Shown: positions 24,981 through 38,429, numbered from the whole stretch's first letter. The stretch: DNA of 63,450 nt, filler included, from Octopus bimaculoides (GCF_001194135.2; 7 parts of 7 records of this genome joined end to end with filler, not necessarily neighbours in it), one strand, 5' to 3'. The notes: generated by a model not told the origin, from the letters alone. Program-made: numbers and translations.

Positions 24981-26117
24981 TACTATTCATTTTTGCTGGC
25001 TGAGTGGACTGGAGCAACGTGAAATAAAGAGTCTTACTCAAGGATATAGCGCACTGCTGGGAATCGAGTTAACAACCTCACGATCCGGAGGTATAGTATC
25101 ATTTGAGTTAAAACTAACTGTTATTTCTAGCAAATCGAACAATCACGTAGATACTTTCTCATTGGCTCGTTAGATACTCATTACTTACTTATTCCGTGAA
25201 TACGCGTGGCTTAGTGGTTAGGGTATTCCACTCGCGATCGTGAGCTCGTGAGTTCGATTCCTGGCGGCATATTGTGTCCTTGAGGAAGACTTTATTTCAC
25301 ATTTTCTCCAGTTCACTCAGCAGACAAAAATGAGTAGTACCTGTAATTCAAAAGGGGCTAGCCTTGTCACATTCTGAGTGTCACCCATACTCTCCCTGAG
25401 AACTACGGTAAGGGTACTCGCGTCTGTGGAGTACTCAGCCACTTACACGCTAATTTTTACCAGCTGACTTCCATTGATCGGATCAGCTTGAACCCTACGA
25501 AGTACCGAGCATTCCGCTATAGTCTCCATACTTGATTCACTAAATTTTCCCTTGCTGACTTGCAGGAGGCACCATTATTATCATATAGCTAGAGGTTCCC
25601 ACACTGGCTTGCAAGAATCTCCCTTGCTGGTTTGCTAGAAGATCTTTCATTGGCTTGCAAGAGGACCTTATGTTGACACGCAAAAGGTCCTTTTTCTTTC
25701 AGCTCGCTTGAAGCTCTCTAACGTTGGGTTACTTGATTCCCACTTGCTGGTTCGTTACGAGAGGGCTTTCATTGGCTCATTAAAGGTTCCTTTATCGGCT
25801 CTCAAGAAGCTTAGTGTTTTTTCGTTTATGTTTTTTTTTTACTTGGTAGAGACTCTTACATTGGCTTCTAAACGGTTCCATGTTAGCTTGGCTGAAGCTC
25901 GTTAGAGTCTCTACCCTTGGTTTACTAGATTGTTCCTCATTAGCTTGCTAGAAGAGGACAGACAGACAGACAGACAGACAGACAGGCACGCGGACGGACA
26001 GACAGACGGATGGGTGGACAGACAGACAGATACACAGGGAGATAAATTGAAAGATAGAGAGGGAGGGAGATAGGCAAGTAGACATGTAGACAGACATACA
26101 CATACAGACAGACATAC

Positions 26118-26179
<62 letters not shown>

Positions 26180-26228
26180 GTAGGTAGGTAGGTAGGTAGG
26201 TAGGTAGGTAGGTAGGTAGGAAGGTTGG

Positions 26229-26324
<96 letters not shown>

Positions 26325-26433
26325 TAGGTAGGTAGACAGATAGATAAGAAAGATATGATTATCTGAACGAGAATAAAAAAGAAAGAAAGGTAGAATGCAA
26401 ACAGGCAGGCAAACAGATACATAAAAGATGGAA

Positions 26434-26500
<67 letters not shown>

Positions 26501-27499
26501 NNNNNNNNNNNNNNNNNNNNNNNNNNNNNNNNNNNNNNNNNNNNNNNNNNNNNNNNNNNNNNNNNNNNNNNNNNNNNNNNNNNNNNNNNNNNNNNNNNNN
26601 NNNNNNNNNNNNNNNNNNNNNNNNNNNNNNNNNNNNNNNNNNNNNNNNNNNNNNNNNNNNNNNNNNNNNNNNNNNNNNNNNNNNNNNNNNNNNNNNNNNN
26701 NNNNNNNNNNNNNNNNNNNNNNNNNNNNNNNNNNNNNNNNNNNNNNNNNNNNNNNNNNNNNNNNNNNNNNNNNNNNNNNNNNNNNNNNNNNNNNNNNNNN
26801 NNNNNNNNNNNNNNNNNNNNNNNNNNNNNNNNNNNNNNNNNNNNNNNNNNNNNNNNNNNNNNNNNNNNNNNNNNNNNNNNNNNNNNNNNNNNNNNNNNNN
26901 NNNNCACCACCGCCACCACCACCACCACCACCACCACCGCAACCACCGCCACCAACAACACTACTACTATCACCACCACCATAGTCATCACTACTAACAA
27001 CACCACTACTACTACTAATACTACTACTACTAATACTATTACTACTGCTACTACCACAACAACACGGTCATCACCACTATTAATACCACTACTACTACTA
27101 CCACAACCATTACCACCACCACCACCGTTACTACTACTACTACTACGACTCCTCCACCTCCTCCTCCTCCTCCTCCTACTACTACTACTACTACTACTAC
27201 GACGACTCCTCCTCCTCCTCCTCCTACTACTACTACTACTACTACCTCAAGTAACAATAACAATAGCAACGACGGCCAGTGTCGAAAAGACGGCAACCAA
27301 GACATAAACATCATCATTATCGACATCATTATCCAATCATCACATCCTCTACAAACCACAACAATAAGCAAAAAAAGTAGGACATCATCTTTATAATCAG
27401 CATCTAAATCACGAAAACAACAACAACAACAACAACAACAACAGCACCGTCGTCGTCATGGTTGCCGCCAACACCACCGCTATATCGTCTGCGGCGTGG

Positions 27500-27767
27500 T
27501 TACATCGCCGGCGTTATCATCGGCGCTATCTTCCGTAGAGCCAACATAGAAATCGCGTACAACAGCGCTGTCCGCTGACAATCAAAACCACAAATGCAAC
27601 GTGGGAAACCATCATAACTGTCACCACCACCACCACCACCACCATTACGACTAAGACGACTACCACTACTACTACCACTGACATCACTACCACTACAACA
27701 CTCACTCAGAGCACCTCTTTCACCAACACTTTCGAGTACATGAGGTTGATACGCGTGGTCGTTTGGT
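27500..27767 (-). CDS. Candidate terminal coding exon (Gly/Ser-rich, Cys-containing, hydrophobic end)
   Basis: Strong acceptor tttgcttgctttttcttgcAG. Phase 2 frame is open for 88 codons: PNDHAYQPHVLESVGERGALSECCSGSDVSGSSSGSRLSRNGGGGGGGDSYDGFPRCICGFDCQRTALLYAISMLALRKIAPMITPAM*. In frame with the 51-nt exon. Confidence 0.42.
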
Positions 27768-27886
27768 CTGCAAGAAAAAGCAAGCAAATCCAGTTTTTAT
27801 TGTATTTTTTCGTCTTCAATATCTATGGACCAGTTTATAGACAGACAGAGAGACAGACAGACATTCAGACAGACAGACAGACAGAC

Positions 27887-28035
<149 letters not shown>

Positions 28036-28038
28036 TTC

Positions 28039-28089
<51 letters not shown>

Positions 28090-28132
28090 TAGATAGATAG
28101 ACAGACAGACAAACAGACAGGCAGACAGACAA

Positions 28133-28163
<31 letters not shown>

Positions 28164-28179
28164 AATAGATAGACAGAGA

Positions 28180-28275
28180 GCTTATGGAAACGCATAAGCA
28201 CACTCGTGTGGAGATCTGTCAACGCTTACTCGACTCCAACAACGATGAAGGCGAGATGAGACTTGGATCCATCAT
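28180..28275 (+). mobile_element. Second, diverged mariner transposase fragment in the opposite orientation
   Basis: Reads ELMETHKHTRVEICQRLLDSNNDEGE/DETWIHH, homologous to the minus-strand segment at 28690-28812 (roughly two-thirds identical by eye). Confidence 0.7.
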
Positions 28276-29230
28276 ATCTTCACCCGTAAACGACCTCGTA
28301 AATCATCTTTGAGCAATTCAAAGATATGATAGTCGGAAGGGACGAGATCTGAGCTGTAGGCAGGGTGTTCCAGTACATCAAATAGTTTCAACATCTGGGC
28401 GGCCGTGTGTGGACGTGCATTGTCATGCAACAACAAGCCTTTCTTCGACAATAGACTTCCGCGTTTGGTGCGAATTGCTTCAATTCAGTTTGTTGGCCAG
28501 CAAAGCACTGTATTTTGCATTATTGATCGTGCACCCCTTTTCCAGGCAGTCTTCCAGTATAGACCCTTCTGAGTCCCCAAAAAAGGTTAGCATCACCTTT
28601 CCCGCGGGAGACTGAGTTTAGAAATTCTTTCGTCTCTGGCGAGCCAGGATGTTTCTACTCCATACTCTGTCTTTTGGATTCTGCCTCATAATGATGGACT
28701 CACATTTCATCTCCTGTGATTATTCTGTTCAAAAATTCCTCGCCCTTATTGTTGTAGCGATCGAGTAAGCATTAGCAGACCTCAAGACGTTTGCGCTTGT
28801 GCTCTGCAGTAAACTCCCATGGCAGCCATCTTGCACAGACTTTATGGGAGCTAAGCTTATCTTGGATGATTTGATAGGTAGAGACATGACTAATTTGTAG
28901 AGAACGAGCTATATAACTGATCGATAATAACTCACCGGTTCACCATTACCATCTCTCAAGATTGCTGAATCTTCTCGTCAGTGGTGGAGGTTGATGGATG
29001 TCCAGCTCTTTCTTCGTACGTCACGCTTGTCCGGACACTTTTAAACTTCTCGATCCACTCATACACACTTCTGCGCGGTAGTGTACTGTCCCCATATTGT
29101 GCTAAAAGCCTCCGATGAATTTCAGCACTTGACACACCTTCCGACCAGAGAAATCGGATCACTGCTCTTTGTTCTTCTTTGGTATACATTGCTAGTGGAG
29201 CAGCCATACTTACACCGTAAGGAAAGAGAG
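28276..29230 (-). mobile_element. Mariner (DD34D-type) transposase pseudogene
   Basis: N-terminal HTH region MAAPL..EEQRAVIRFLWSEG..EIHRRL..VYEWIEKFK..TSV..R.GHPSTS, then KVCARWLPWEF, ITGDE, LLHDNARPHTA and HPAYSSDLVPSDYH. Stops and small deletions present. Confidence 0.92.
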
Positions 29231-30038
29231 AAAAATGGCGCGATAAGGCTCAAACTTCGATCACGTGACCACAATAGTACCAATAATAAGTACGCATGCG
29301 CAGAAGGCAGTGTAGCAATAATAAAGTTACGTTATGGCGAAAGTCTGGATATAAATAATGTTTATGCCTCATCAGATGGAGAACATTTTGTGGATCCTAA
29401 AGAGTACAACGCGGAGTAGATAAAACAGGGGACAACTGATGAAGGGATTGTNNNNNNNNNNNNNNNNNNNNNNNNNNNNNNNNNNNNNNNNNNNNTTAAT
29501 TAATTAANNNNNNNNNNNNNNNNNNNNNNNNNNNNNNNNNNNNNNNNNNNNACTTATTCTATCGGTCACTTTTACTGAACCGCTAAGTTACGGGGACGTA
29601 ACCACATCAGCATCGGTTGTCAAGCGATGTTGGGGGGACAAACCCAGACACACAAAAATATACTCACACACACACACATATATATATATATATACGACGG
29701 GCTTCTTTCAGTTTCCGTCTACCAAATCCACTCACAAGGCTTTGGTCGGCCCAAGGCTATAGTAGAAGACACTTGCCCAAGGTGCCACGCGGTGGGACTG
29801 AACCCAGAACCATGTGGTTGGTAGGCAAGCTACTTACCACACAGCCACTCATATATATAGTCATTTAGTCATTTACTTGTTTCAGTCATTTGACTGTGGC
29901 CATGCAGGAGCACCACCTTTAGTCAAACAAATTGACCCCAGGACATATTCTTTGTAAGAGTAGCCCCAGCATGGTCGCAGTCCTGTGACTGAAACAAGAT
30001 GAACACCAACAAAGAGATTAAGACAAAGTTCAACTTAC

Positions 30039-30089
30039 CTTCCATATGATGGAATGAAGCCATTGGTCACGAAGATAGGAGCTGCCCGC
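30039..30089 (-). CDS. Candidate 51-nt exon
   Basis: Acceptor tttcattgtAG, donor AAG|GTAAGT. Symmetric. Phase 2 reads RAAPIFVTNGFIPSYG(R); phase 0 reads AGSSYLRDQWLHSIIWK. Confidence 0.45.
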
Positions 30090-30617
30090 CTACAATGAAA
30101 GGTAAGATGGTAGAAGATTAGGAAAAGGGATTATTTGTTTAAACATGGCAACAGAAGGATACAAAAATAGCATTTTAAATATATTGATTAAAATATTAAT
30201 CAGTGAAGATCACCGCCTACATATGTTGCATGTGTGGCAGATGGGAGAAGAGGGTGATGGCTCCAAACCTCAGCTCCAGAGACCTCTGCTGGTCGGTTCA
30301 ATCAATTGTTTTAGGTTTGACCTCCTTCCTAGCCATACCCTATATAACTGAGATCATCTCTATCTCTTGCCGTCTTCGGTTGGCAGGCTTCCAACCAGGA
30401 ACAACTGGGTTCCCGCACCGCAAAGCATCAACCGAATGGAAAGGGACAATGTCATCCTTAACCTTTCTTCCTCTCTGTCAACAGAACACACAGTTTCCAC
30501 TTGTGAGTGACCAAACACCATTGCCAATTAGCACTGCTGGCAAATAATACTAGGTATTGTACCAGTATTTCCTTTGTTGAAAACATCCCTTCATGAGGTT
30601 ATCATAACCTCTAATCA

Positions 30618-30654
<37 letters not shown>

Positions 30655-30657
<3 letters not shown>

Positions 30658-31221
30658 TCATCATCATCGTTTAACGTCCGCTTTCCATGCTAGCATGGGT
30701 TGGACGATTTGACTGAGGATTGGTGAAACCAGATGGCTACATCANNNNNNNNNNNNNNNNNNNNNNNNNNNNNNNNNNNNNNNNNNNNNNNNNNNNNNNN
30801 NNNNNNNNNNNNNNNNNNNNNNNNNNNNNNNNNNNNNNNNNNNNNNNNNNNNNNNNNNNNNNNNNNNNNNNNNNNNNNNNNNNNNNNNNNNNNNNNNNNN
30901 NNNNNNNNNNNNNNNNNNNNNNNNNNNNNNNNNNNNNNNNNNNNNNNNNNNNNNNNNNNNNNNNNNNNNNNNNNNNNNNNNNNNNNNNNNNNNNNNNNNN
31001 NNNNNNNNNNNNNNNNNNNNNNNNNNNNNNNNNNNNNNNNNNNNNNNNNNNNNNNNNNNNNNNNNNNNNNNNNNNNNNNNNNNNNNNNNNNNNNNNNNNN
31101 NNNNNNNNNNNNNNNNNNNNNNNNNNNNNNNNNNNNNNNNNNNNNNNNNNNNNNNNNNNNNNNNNNNNNNNNNNNNNNNNNNNNNNNNNNNNNNNNNNNN
31201 NNNNNNNNNNNNNNNNNNNNN

Positions 31222-31252
<31 letters not shown>

Positions 31253-31420
31253 ATAAATACACAAAGAACTTTTCTCAGTTTCCTTCTACCAAATCCGCTC
31301 ACAAGGCTTTGGTCAGCCTGAGGCTATAGTAGAAGACACTTGCCCAAGGTGCCATGCAGTGGGACTGAACCCGGTACCATGTGGTTAAGAAGTAAGCTTC
31401 TTACCACACAACCACCCCTG
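30655..31420 (-). mobile_element. SINE-A head joined (across a gap) to a different, RTE-type tail ending (GAT)n
   Basis: Head at 31262-31420; tail ccaacccatgctagcatggaaagcggacgttaaacgatgatgatg at 30655-30744. An isolated plus-strand copy of this tail lies at 31801-31878. Confidence 0.65.
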
Positions 31421-31994
31421 CACCTATCTATCAAATATCACAATTATGAGTTGAGATCACTTCCCCATCCTAATATATAGTTTCTCAATTGGAATTGTCA
31501 ACCATTGAAGTCAACATAATGACAAGTGCATAGCTATATGATTAGCTGTTAAGAAGATGTACATATCATGTATATACGTGTGGGTGCATAATATGTTTTT
31601 GTAAGATGACACATTAAGGAGCTGTTTTTAAGTACCATCAGATTAATTGAATCCATATATTGTAACTTTATATTAATATATATATACATACACACATATA
31701 TACATATACACACATATGGATGAATACACACATATATATATATACACATATGGATGGATACAGATAAATATACTTTATATATATATATATATATATATAG
31801 TTTCACCAGTCCTCAGTCAAATCATCCAACCCATGCTAGCATGGAAAGCAGACGTTAAACGACGATGATGATGATGATATATATATATGTATATNNNNNN
31901 NNNNNNNNNNNNNNNNNNNNNNNNNNNNNNNNNNNNNNTTAATTAATTAANNNNNNNNNNNNNNNNNNNNNNNNNNNNNNNNNNNNNNNNNNNN

Positions 31995-32055
<61 letters not shown>

Positions 32056-32357
32056 ATTCGCGGATCACTGTATCTGTATATGCGCTTGTGCAGGTGTATG
32101 TATGTAAATATATATATATAAAGAATCAGAGCAAAATATACATATCAGAATCTACAACAGCCTTCACAACTAAAATGCATAAACAATAATGATTATACAC
32201 GATAATTTGTATAAAGCCAATGAATTTATGTGGTGTTTATGCTTTTCTCAAAGCATTAGCGACGTAAATGTAGTGGTTATACTCTGAACCAGATCGCAGA
32301 ACCGTCACAAGTTTTTTCTTACCTTCTGTTATACGGCTTTCACCCACAGTTGCTTAC

Positions 32358-32400
32358 ATCATCAAATGTGTTAGTAAAAAAGTTATCATGAAAAAGATTT
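32358..32400 (-). CDS. Candidate 43-nt exon following the VWC exon
   Basis: Acceptor atcgtttgcAG, donor GAT|GTAAGC. Phase 1 to 2, reads (E)IFFMITFLLTHLM(M) and bridges the VWC exon to the 51-nt exon without a stop. A stronger donor (AAG|GTAAGA, exon end 32323) would include a stop. Confidence 0.3.
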
Positions 32401-34004
32401 CTGCAAACGATATTGTAGTGTAGTGTAGGTTAGAGCTATGAAGCGTGGTTGTAGGAGAAGCATTGGTTTACAAACGAAATAATCCTTTATAGATTTAACG
32501 AATTATAAATGGGAAAGGAAGAGAAAAAAAGGAAGACTAAAGGAAACCATTATAAGCACAACATTAGCTAAATTTTTAACTAGCTTCCGCATGCATTTGC
32601 TGAACACTGAGCGTCTACATGAAAGTTATGAGCGTCACACAACACACACATTACTCGGTGAAAGGAGTGCAATTTCAGAAATGAAGTTGAAGATAATAGC
32701 AATGGTGGGCGTTGGCGGTGCAGGGAAGCAAATTCGGTGCGTAAGAGGTAGGTAAATTGTGGCAAAAAGGGTGGAAGGGATAATCAGGAAAAGCCATTAA
32801 GAAAAAAAAAAAAATTTTTTTAAGCCAATTCAACAATAANNNNNNNNNNNNNNNNNNNNNNNNNNNNNNNNNNNNNNNNNNNNNNNNNNNNNNNNNNNNN
32901 NNNNNNNNNNNNNNNNNNNNNNNNNNNNNNNNNNNNNNNNNNNNNNNNNNNNNNNNNNNNNNNNNNNNNNNNNNNNNNNNNNNNNNNNNNNNNNNNNNNN
33001 NNNNNNNNNNNNNNNNNNNNNNNNNNNNNNNNNNNNNNNNNNNNNNNNNNNNNNNNNNNNNNNNNNNNNNNNNNNNNNNNNNNNNNNNNNNNNNNNNNNN
33101 NNNNNNNNNNNNNNNNNNNNNNNNNNNNNNNNNNNNNNNNNNNNNNNNNNNNNNNNNNNNNNNNNNNNNNNNNNNNNNNNNNNNNNNNNNNNNNNNNNNN
33201 NNNNNNNNNNNNNNNNNNNNNNNTAATGATAGTAAAATTATTTTGCTAAGTAAAATATATGTCAGATTATACCGTCTAACTGTAGATACGCATATATATA
33301 TATGTGTGCGTGTGTGTGTGTGTTATACTCACACACACACACACACACACGCACACAACAAAGGATTATATAGCGAATGTTGAATCTCTTAGGTAGCGTA
33401 AGGAGTTACGTCGTTCGATTAATTTCTGCTCAAATGGTCCTTAAATTCGTGTTTTTTGGAGCCTGACCTCATAAAACAATAATTGTGTTTTAAATGTTCC
33501 GTACTTAAGTTAAAAAAAAACACAAAAAACGTCCAAGTGACGAGCAACGGAGGGAGCGATTACGTGGCCGCTTCACCTGCCAGACATAACGATCAAATTT
33601 CTTTCATCGCACTTTACCGACTCTGAAAATGTCGAGTGCAGGAATGACCTGGAGTACAAGGCCAATGACCATAAATGTGCTCAACCTGGAATGATGAAGG
33701 GCTAAAAATCATCCACAATGTTGAAAGGGAATCACAAACTTGTGTCAGTCTGAAGAATGACAATATCTGTGAGGTTTTATGTTAGAAATGGGAGAATTTT
33801 GAAACGTCATGACCAAGAAGAGCAGCTTAAAACCTAGAAGATAAGTTAATGTTTGATTTGCCGTACGCCGTATACTATATCTCTACATATATATATATTA
33901 TATGTTTGTTTATACTGCATAACTGTCTATCTCTCTATAACTTAATATCGTTATTGACTATTTTTCTTTCACCCCACTCTTTTTGTTGTAGAGCGTGCGT
34001 ATGA

Positions 34005-34055
<51 letters not shown>

Positions 34056-34314
34056 GTGTGTGCGTGTGTGTGTGCGTGTGTGTGCGTAAGCCTGTATATG
34101 ACAGTGATCATGTCTGTCGTGTAAAATATGTTCCTAAGTTTGAATTAACAATTTATCTTTTTGCCTATTTGCCAATTCAATTCATCAAATGCTGTATTGT
34201 TATAGTTAATATTATAGTTAATGTAATCCGTGTATATTCTCTTGACCACAAAAGCAGCCCAATGTGCTGTGACTTTTTTTTCTTTTCATCGCTTCGGCCA
34301 CAAGCTAAACTTAC

Positions 34315-34491
34315 CGGGACATACTGGGCAACAACTTCCCTCAACTGCTACAGCGTCTAAACAAGTGGGTTCAGGACATTCCACTTTTTTGCAGGTCACC
34401 TCACCACTGGAGCATTTACAGATATTACACACATCAGGGTACCATTCCTCACCCTCTTGGAATACATGTCCGTCGAAAGCACAAGGTGAAC
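34315..34491 (-). CDS. Internal coding exon encoding one VWC (von Willebrand factor type C / chordin-like cysteine-rich) domain
   Basis: Translates to (G)SPCAFDGHVFQEGEEWYPDVCNICKCSSGEVTCKKVECPEPTCLDAVAVEGSCCPVCP, with 10 Cys and the CxxCxC and CCxxC motifs plus conserved G/W. Acceptor tttttctcttgttacataactttAG, donor G|GTAAGT. Length 177 nt, symmetric phase 1-1, as is typical of VWC-module exons. Confidence 0.92.
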
Positions 34492-35847
34492 CTAAAGTTA
34501 TGTAACAAGAGAAAAATCTGCTAGCTAGCATGGACTTTTGGCGTCGTCTCTGAAACGCGCTGGCTGCGATTTTGAGCGACTATAAGATCATCTTTTGGCG
34601 ATATGTTTTGTTTAACGACGCGTGGATTTTTAGGCGCCATAGCTAATCAGCAAGCGTACATTAATTAATCAAGCTATTAATTAATTAATAATTGTGTTGT
34701 TAATAAAAATAATGATATACTTCTTTTTTATATATAGGGGATTGGGTAGAGCGAACTAATGCATTCTAGGATTTGTTATCTTCTTGTTATGGGTTTTAAG
34801 AGCGTTAGATACTTTAAAATGATATTATTTTAAAGTGAGGTTACAAAGATACAAATTTCACCAGGGAGAACGATCGAGTGAATCGACTCCAGTACCTTAT
34901 TTCTATTAATTCCAGCATGATGAAAACTAAAGTCAAAATTTGTCGGATTTAAATTCAGTTCGCAACAGGATGGAATGAAATATCACCGTTTCTCTCACAA
35001 CACAGTCGTTCAACGATTTTCGACGAGCAACGATAATAATATCAAGGATTCCTGGCTAGTAATTTTGAGGTTAGGGCAAAGAAGTCGATACCAGGAATCA
35101 ATACTCCGCTGGTACTTCAATTCATCTGTGCCAAAAGTATGAAAGGAAAAGTTGAAATCGGCAGGACTTTGATCTCAGAACATGGAGAGCCAGAACAAAT
35201 GCGGCAAATCCCATGCATTAAGGATTCTGCCAGCTCGCCTAACGAAAATAATTATTGAAAACTGATAATTTATATAAATTGATCACGAACCTTAACGAAA
35301 GCGTCGCGCCTAAAACAAAGCAGAATTTTAATTGAATACTTCGTGTTGTTGTTGTTGTTGTTGTTTTCATTACGCATACAACTGTCTGCTTATGGTCTTA
35401 TTTGTTTTTAATGGGAAGAGGGTTTTAGTCGATGATTAACCGGTTAATTATCACCGGTTAATTATCTGCTGTTAGTATTTGAAAGCAGGACGTGTTGGCG
35501 GAGAGAAGGGTGGGGGGAGAAACATAAAAAAAAGCTTTAGCTTGGCACAATACCGTCATTGTTTATAGACAATGATGATGACGATAATGATGACGATAAT
35601 GATGATGATGATGATGATGATGATGATAATGATGATGATGATGAGGATGAGGATGATGATGACGACGACAATGATGACGACGATAAAGATGACGAAATTG
35701 ATAATGACAATGATGATGACAATGATGACGATGAGAATATTGAAATATTGTTGATGATGACGACGACGAGGATGGTGATGCTGAAAGTGGTGGTAATGCT
35801 GGTGGTGATGATGCTGATAGTGATGATGATGATGGTAGTGATGATGA

Positions 35848-35881
<34 letters not shown>

Positions 35882-38279
35882 GGTGGTGGTGGTAGTGGCT
35901 GATTGGTGATGACGACATTGATGTTGATGATGTGAATGACGATGAAGTTCATGATAATAATGTTGTTAATGATGATGATGATGATGCTAAAGATGATGAT
36001 GATGATGTTGATGGTGGTGGTAGTGGCTGAGTTGGTGATGACGACGACATTGATGTTGACGATGTCAATGACGAATGGTGATGATGATGTTGATGGTGGC
36101 GGTGACGACGACGACGACGATGATGATGATGATGATAACAATGATTACGATGACAACGAAGACGACGATGAAAGAGACGAAATCAAGTGGATGCGAATGA
36201 GGGGGGAATTTTTGAAAGACTGCTAAAAAAATGTGGCATAGATACAACCAGAGGGAGAAAATATCAGAAGAATCTATCTAGAAAAGATCTCACACTTTTG
36301 CTTTCATTCTCCCCACCTCTCTCTCTTTCGCCCACCTTCTTTCTCTTTTCCATCTCTCTTATTCTTTTCCGATCGAGTAGAAGATCTCGACTAAAGACAT
36401 TTGAACTGTGACTATCATGTCCAGAGATAATGCTTAATGTTTCCTTGTCTTTTGGTCTGAACTGCAGCAACGTGAAATAAAGTGCCTGCCTCAAGAACAC
36501 AGCTCACAACCCGGTCCAGGAATCGAACTCCCTACCTCATGATTGTGCGCACGACGCTCTGACCACTGAGCCATGCGCCTTCACGTATATATTTATATAT
36601 AGCGTGTATATTTATGTGTATAAGTTGAGGATATAATCATTAAAATGATTAAATCGGTGGTCAGCGTATAATAACCACTATATCGGTAAAATTAATATTT
36701 AAGTATATAATTATTAAAAAAAAAATAACTATAATTAAGGGCGCTGGAGGGGTAACGCCAATTCGCTAGAAGTAGAAGTCAAATGTCTACAAACTACTCT
36801 AAATTTGTTCTTCTTTTGGCACAAGGCTGAATGCGGAGAAAGAATAATAATGTATATGACTTGCGATGCTTGTGATGCCGTGGCGTTTATTGTCCTCTTT
36901 CACAAATATATATTTGCTAAATCGGAAACCTGAAATGGTTCCATACCTCCCGTCTCCATTACAAGCTTGGAAACCTGGTAATCCGTTACAGCGCTTACCC
37001 AGCGTACCTATTCGTTTAGATCACCAGTGAACTAAACCCCCATATTCTGTATATATATATATATATATNNNNNNNNNNNNNNNNNNNNNNNNNNNNNNNN
37101 NNNNNNNNNNNNNNNNNNNNNNNNNNNNNNNNNNNNNNNNNNNNNNNNNNNNNNNNNNNNNNNNNNNNNNNNNNNNNNNNNNNNNNNNNNNNNNNNNNNN
37201 NNNNNNNNNNNNNNNNNNNNNNNNNNNNNNNNNNNNNNNNNNNNNNNNNNNNNNNNNNNNNNNNNNNNNNNNNNNNNNNNNNNNNNNNNNNNNNNNNNNN
37301 NNNNNNNNNNNNNNNNNNNNNNNNNNNNNNNNNNNNNNNNNNNNNNNNNNNNNNNNNNNNNNNNNNNNNNNNNNNNNNNNNNNNNNNNNNNNNNNNNNNN
37401 NNNNNNNNNNNNNNNNNNNNNNNNNNNNNNNNNNNNNNNNNNNNNNNNNNNNNNNNNNNNNNNNNNNNNNNNNNNNNNNNNNNNNNNNNNNNNNNNNNNN
37501 NNNNNNNNNNNNNNNNNNNNNNNNNNNNNNNNNNNNNNNNNNNNNNNNNNNNNNNNNNNNNNNNNNNNNNNNNNNNNNNNNNNNNNNNNNNNNNNNNNNN
37601 NNNNNNNNNNNNNNNNNNNNNNNNNNNNNNNNNNNNNNNNNNNNNNNNNNNNNNNNNNNNNNNNNNNNNNNNNNNNNNNNNNNNNNNNNNNNNNNNNNNN
37701 NNNNNNNNNNNNNNNNNNNNNNNNNNNNNNNNNNNNNNNNNNNNNNNNNNNNNNNNNNNNNNNNNNNNNNNNNNNNNNNNNNNNNNNNNNNNNNNNNNNN
37801 NNNNNNNNNNNNNNNNNNNNNNNNNNNNNNNNNNNNNNNNNNNNNNNNNNNNNNNNNNNNNNNNNNNNNNNNNNNNNNNNNNNNNNNNNNNNNNNNNNNN
37901 NNNNNNNNNNNNNNNNNNACCACCACCACTACCACCACTCTCCCACTGCCACTCGTTGCTATAGCTGATGCCTCACCTTCTCCTCCCTTTATTCACCACC
38001 ACCACCACCACCACCTACTTTTCTTCTTTCCTTCTTTTTTTTCCTCTTCTCAGTCTTGCTGACGTTTGCTTTTTTTTTTTTTTACTATCATTATCATCAT
38101 CATCATCATCATCACCTCTGTCTGTCTGTCTGTCTATCTGTCTGTCTGTCTGTCTATCTGTCTGTCTGTCTGTCCCTTTCTCTCAGTCCCAGCACCCATA
38201 TCCTTACTAATCCTAGAACCGCCACTACCACGAGAACTAACACTACCACCACTACAGCCACAACCATCATCAACAAGAA

Positions 38280-38317
<38 letters not shown>

Positions 38318-38429
38318 GTAGTAGTAGTAGTAGTAGTAGCAGTAGTAGTAGTAGTATTCAGTACAGCTACCGCTAATCCAGATACTGTCTCAATAACTAA
38401 TTAAGAACTCCACATCACCGCCACCAATG

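Noticed and set aside
30203-30547. 114-aa plus-strand ORF, and the 97-aa minus-strand ORF at 47914-48207
   Set aside because: No recognisable motif or consistent splice context; possibly unrecognised transposon debris.
34315-34491. Assigning a gene symbol (chordin, kielin/KCP, CRIM1, peroxidasin, collagen) to the VWC exon
   Set aside because: The Cys spacing fits several families and the neighbouring diagnostic domains are not visible.
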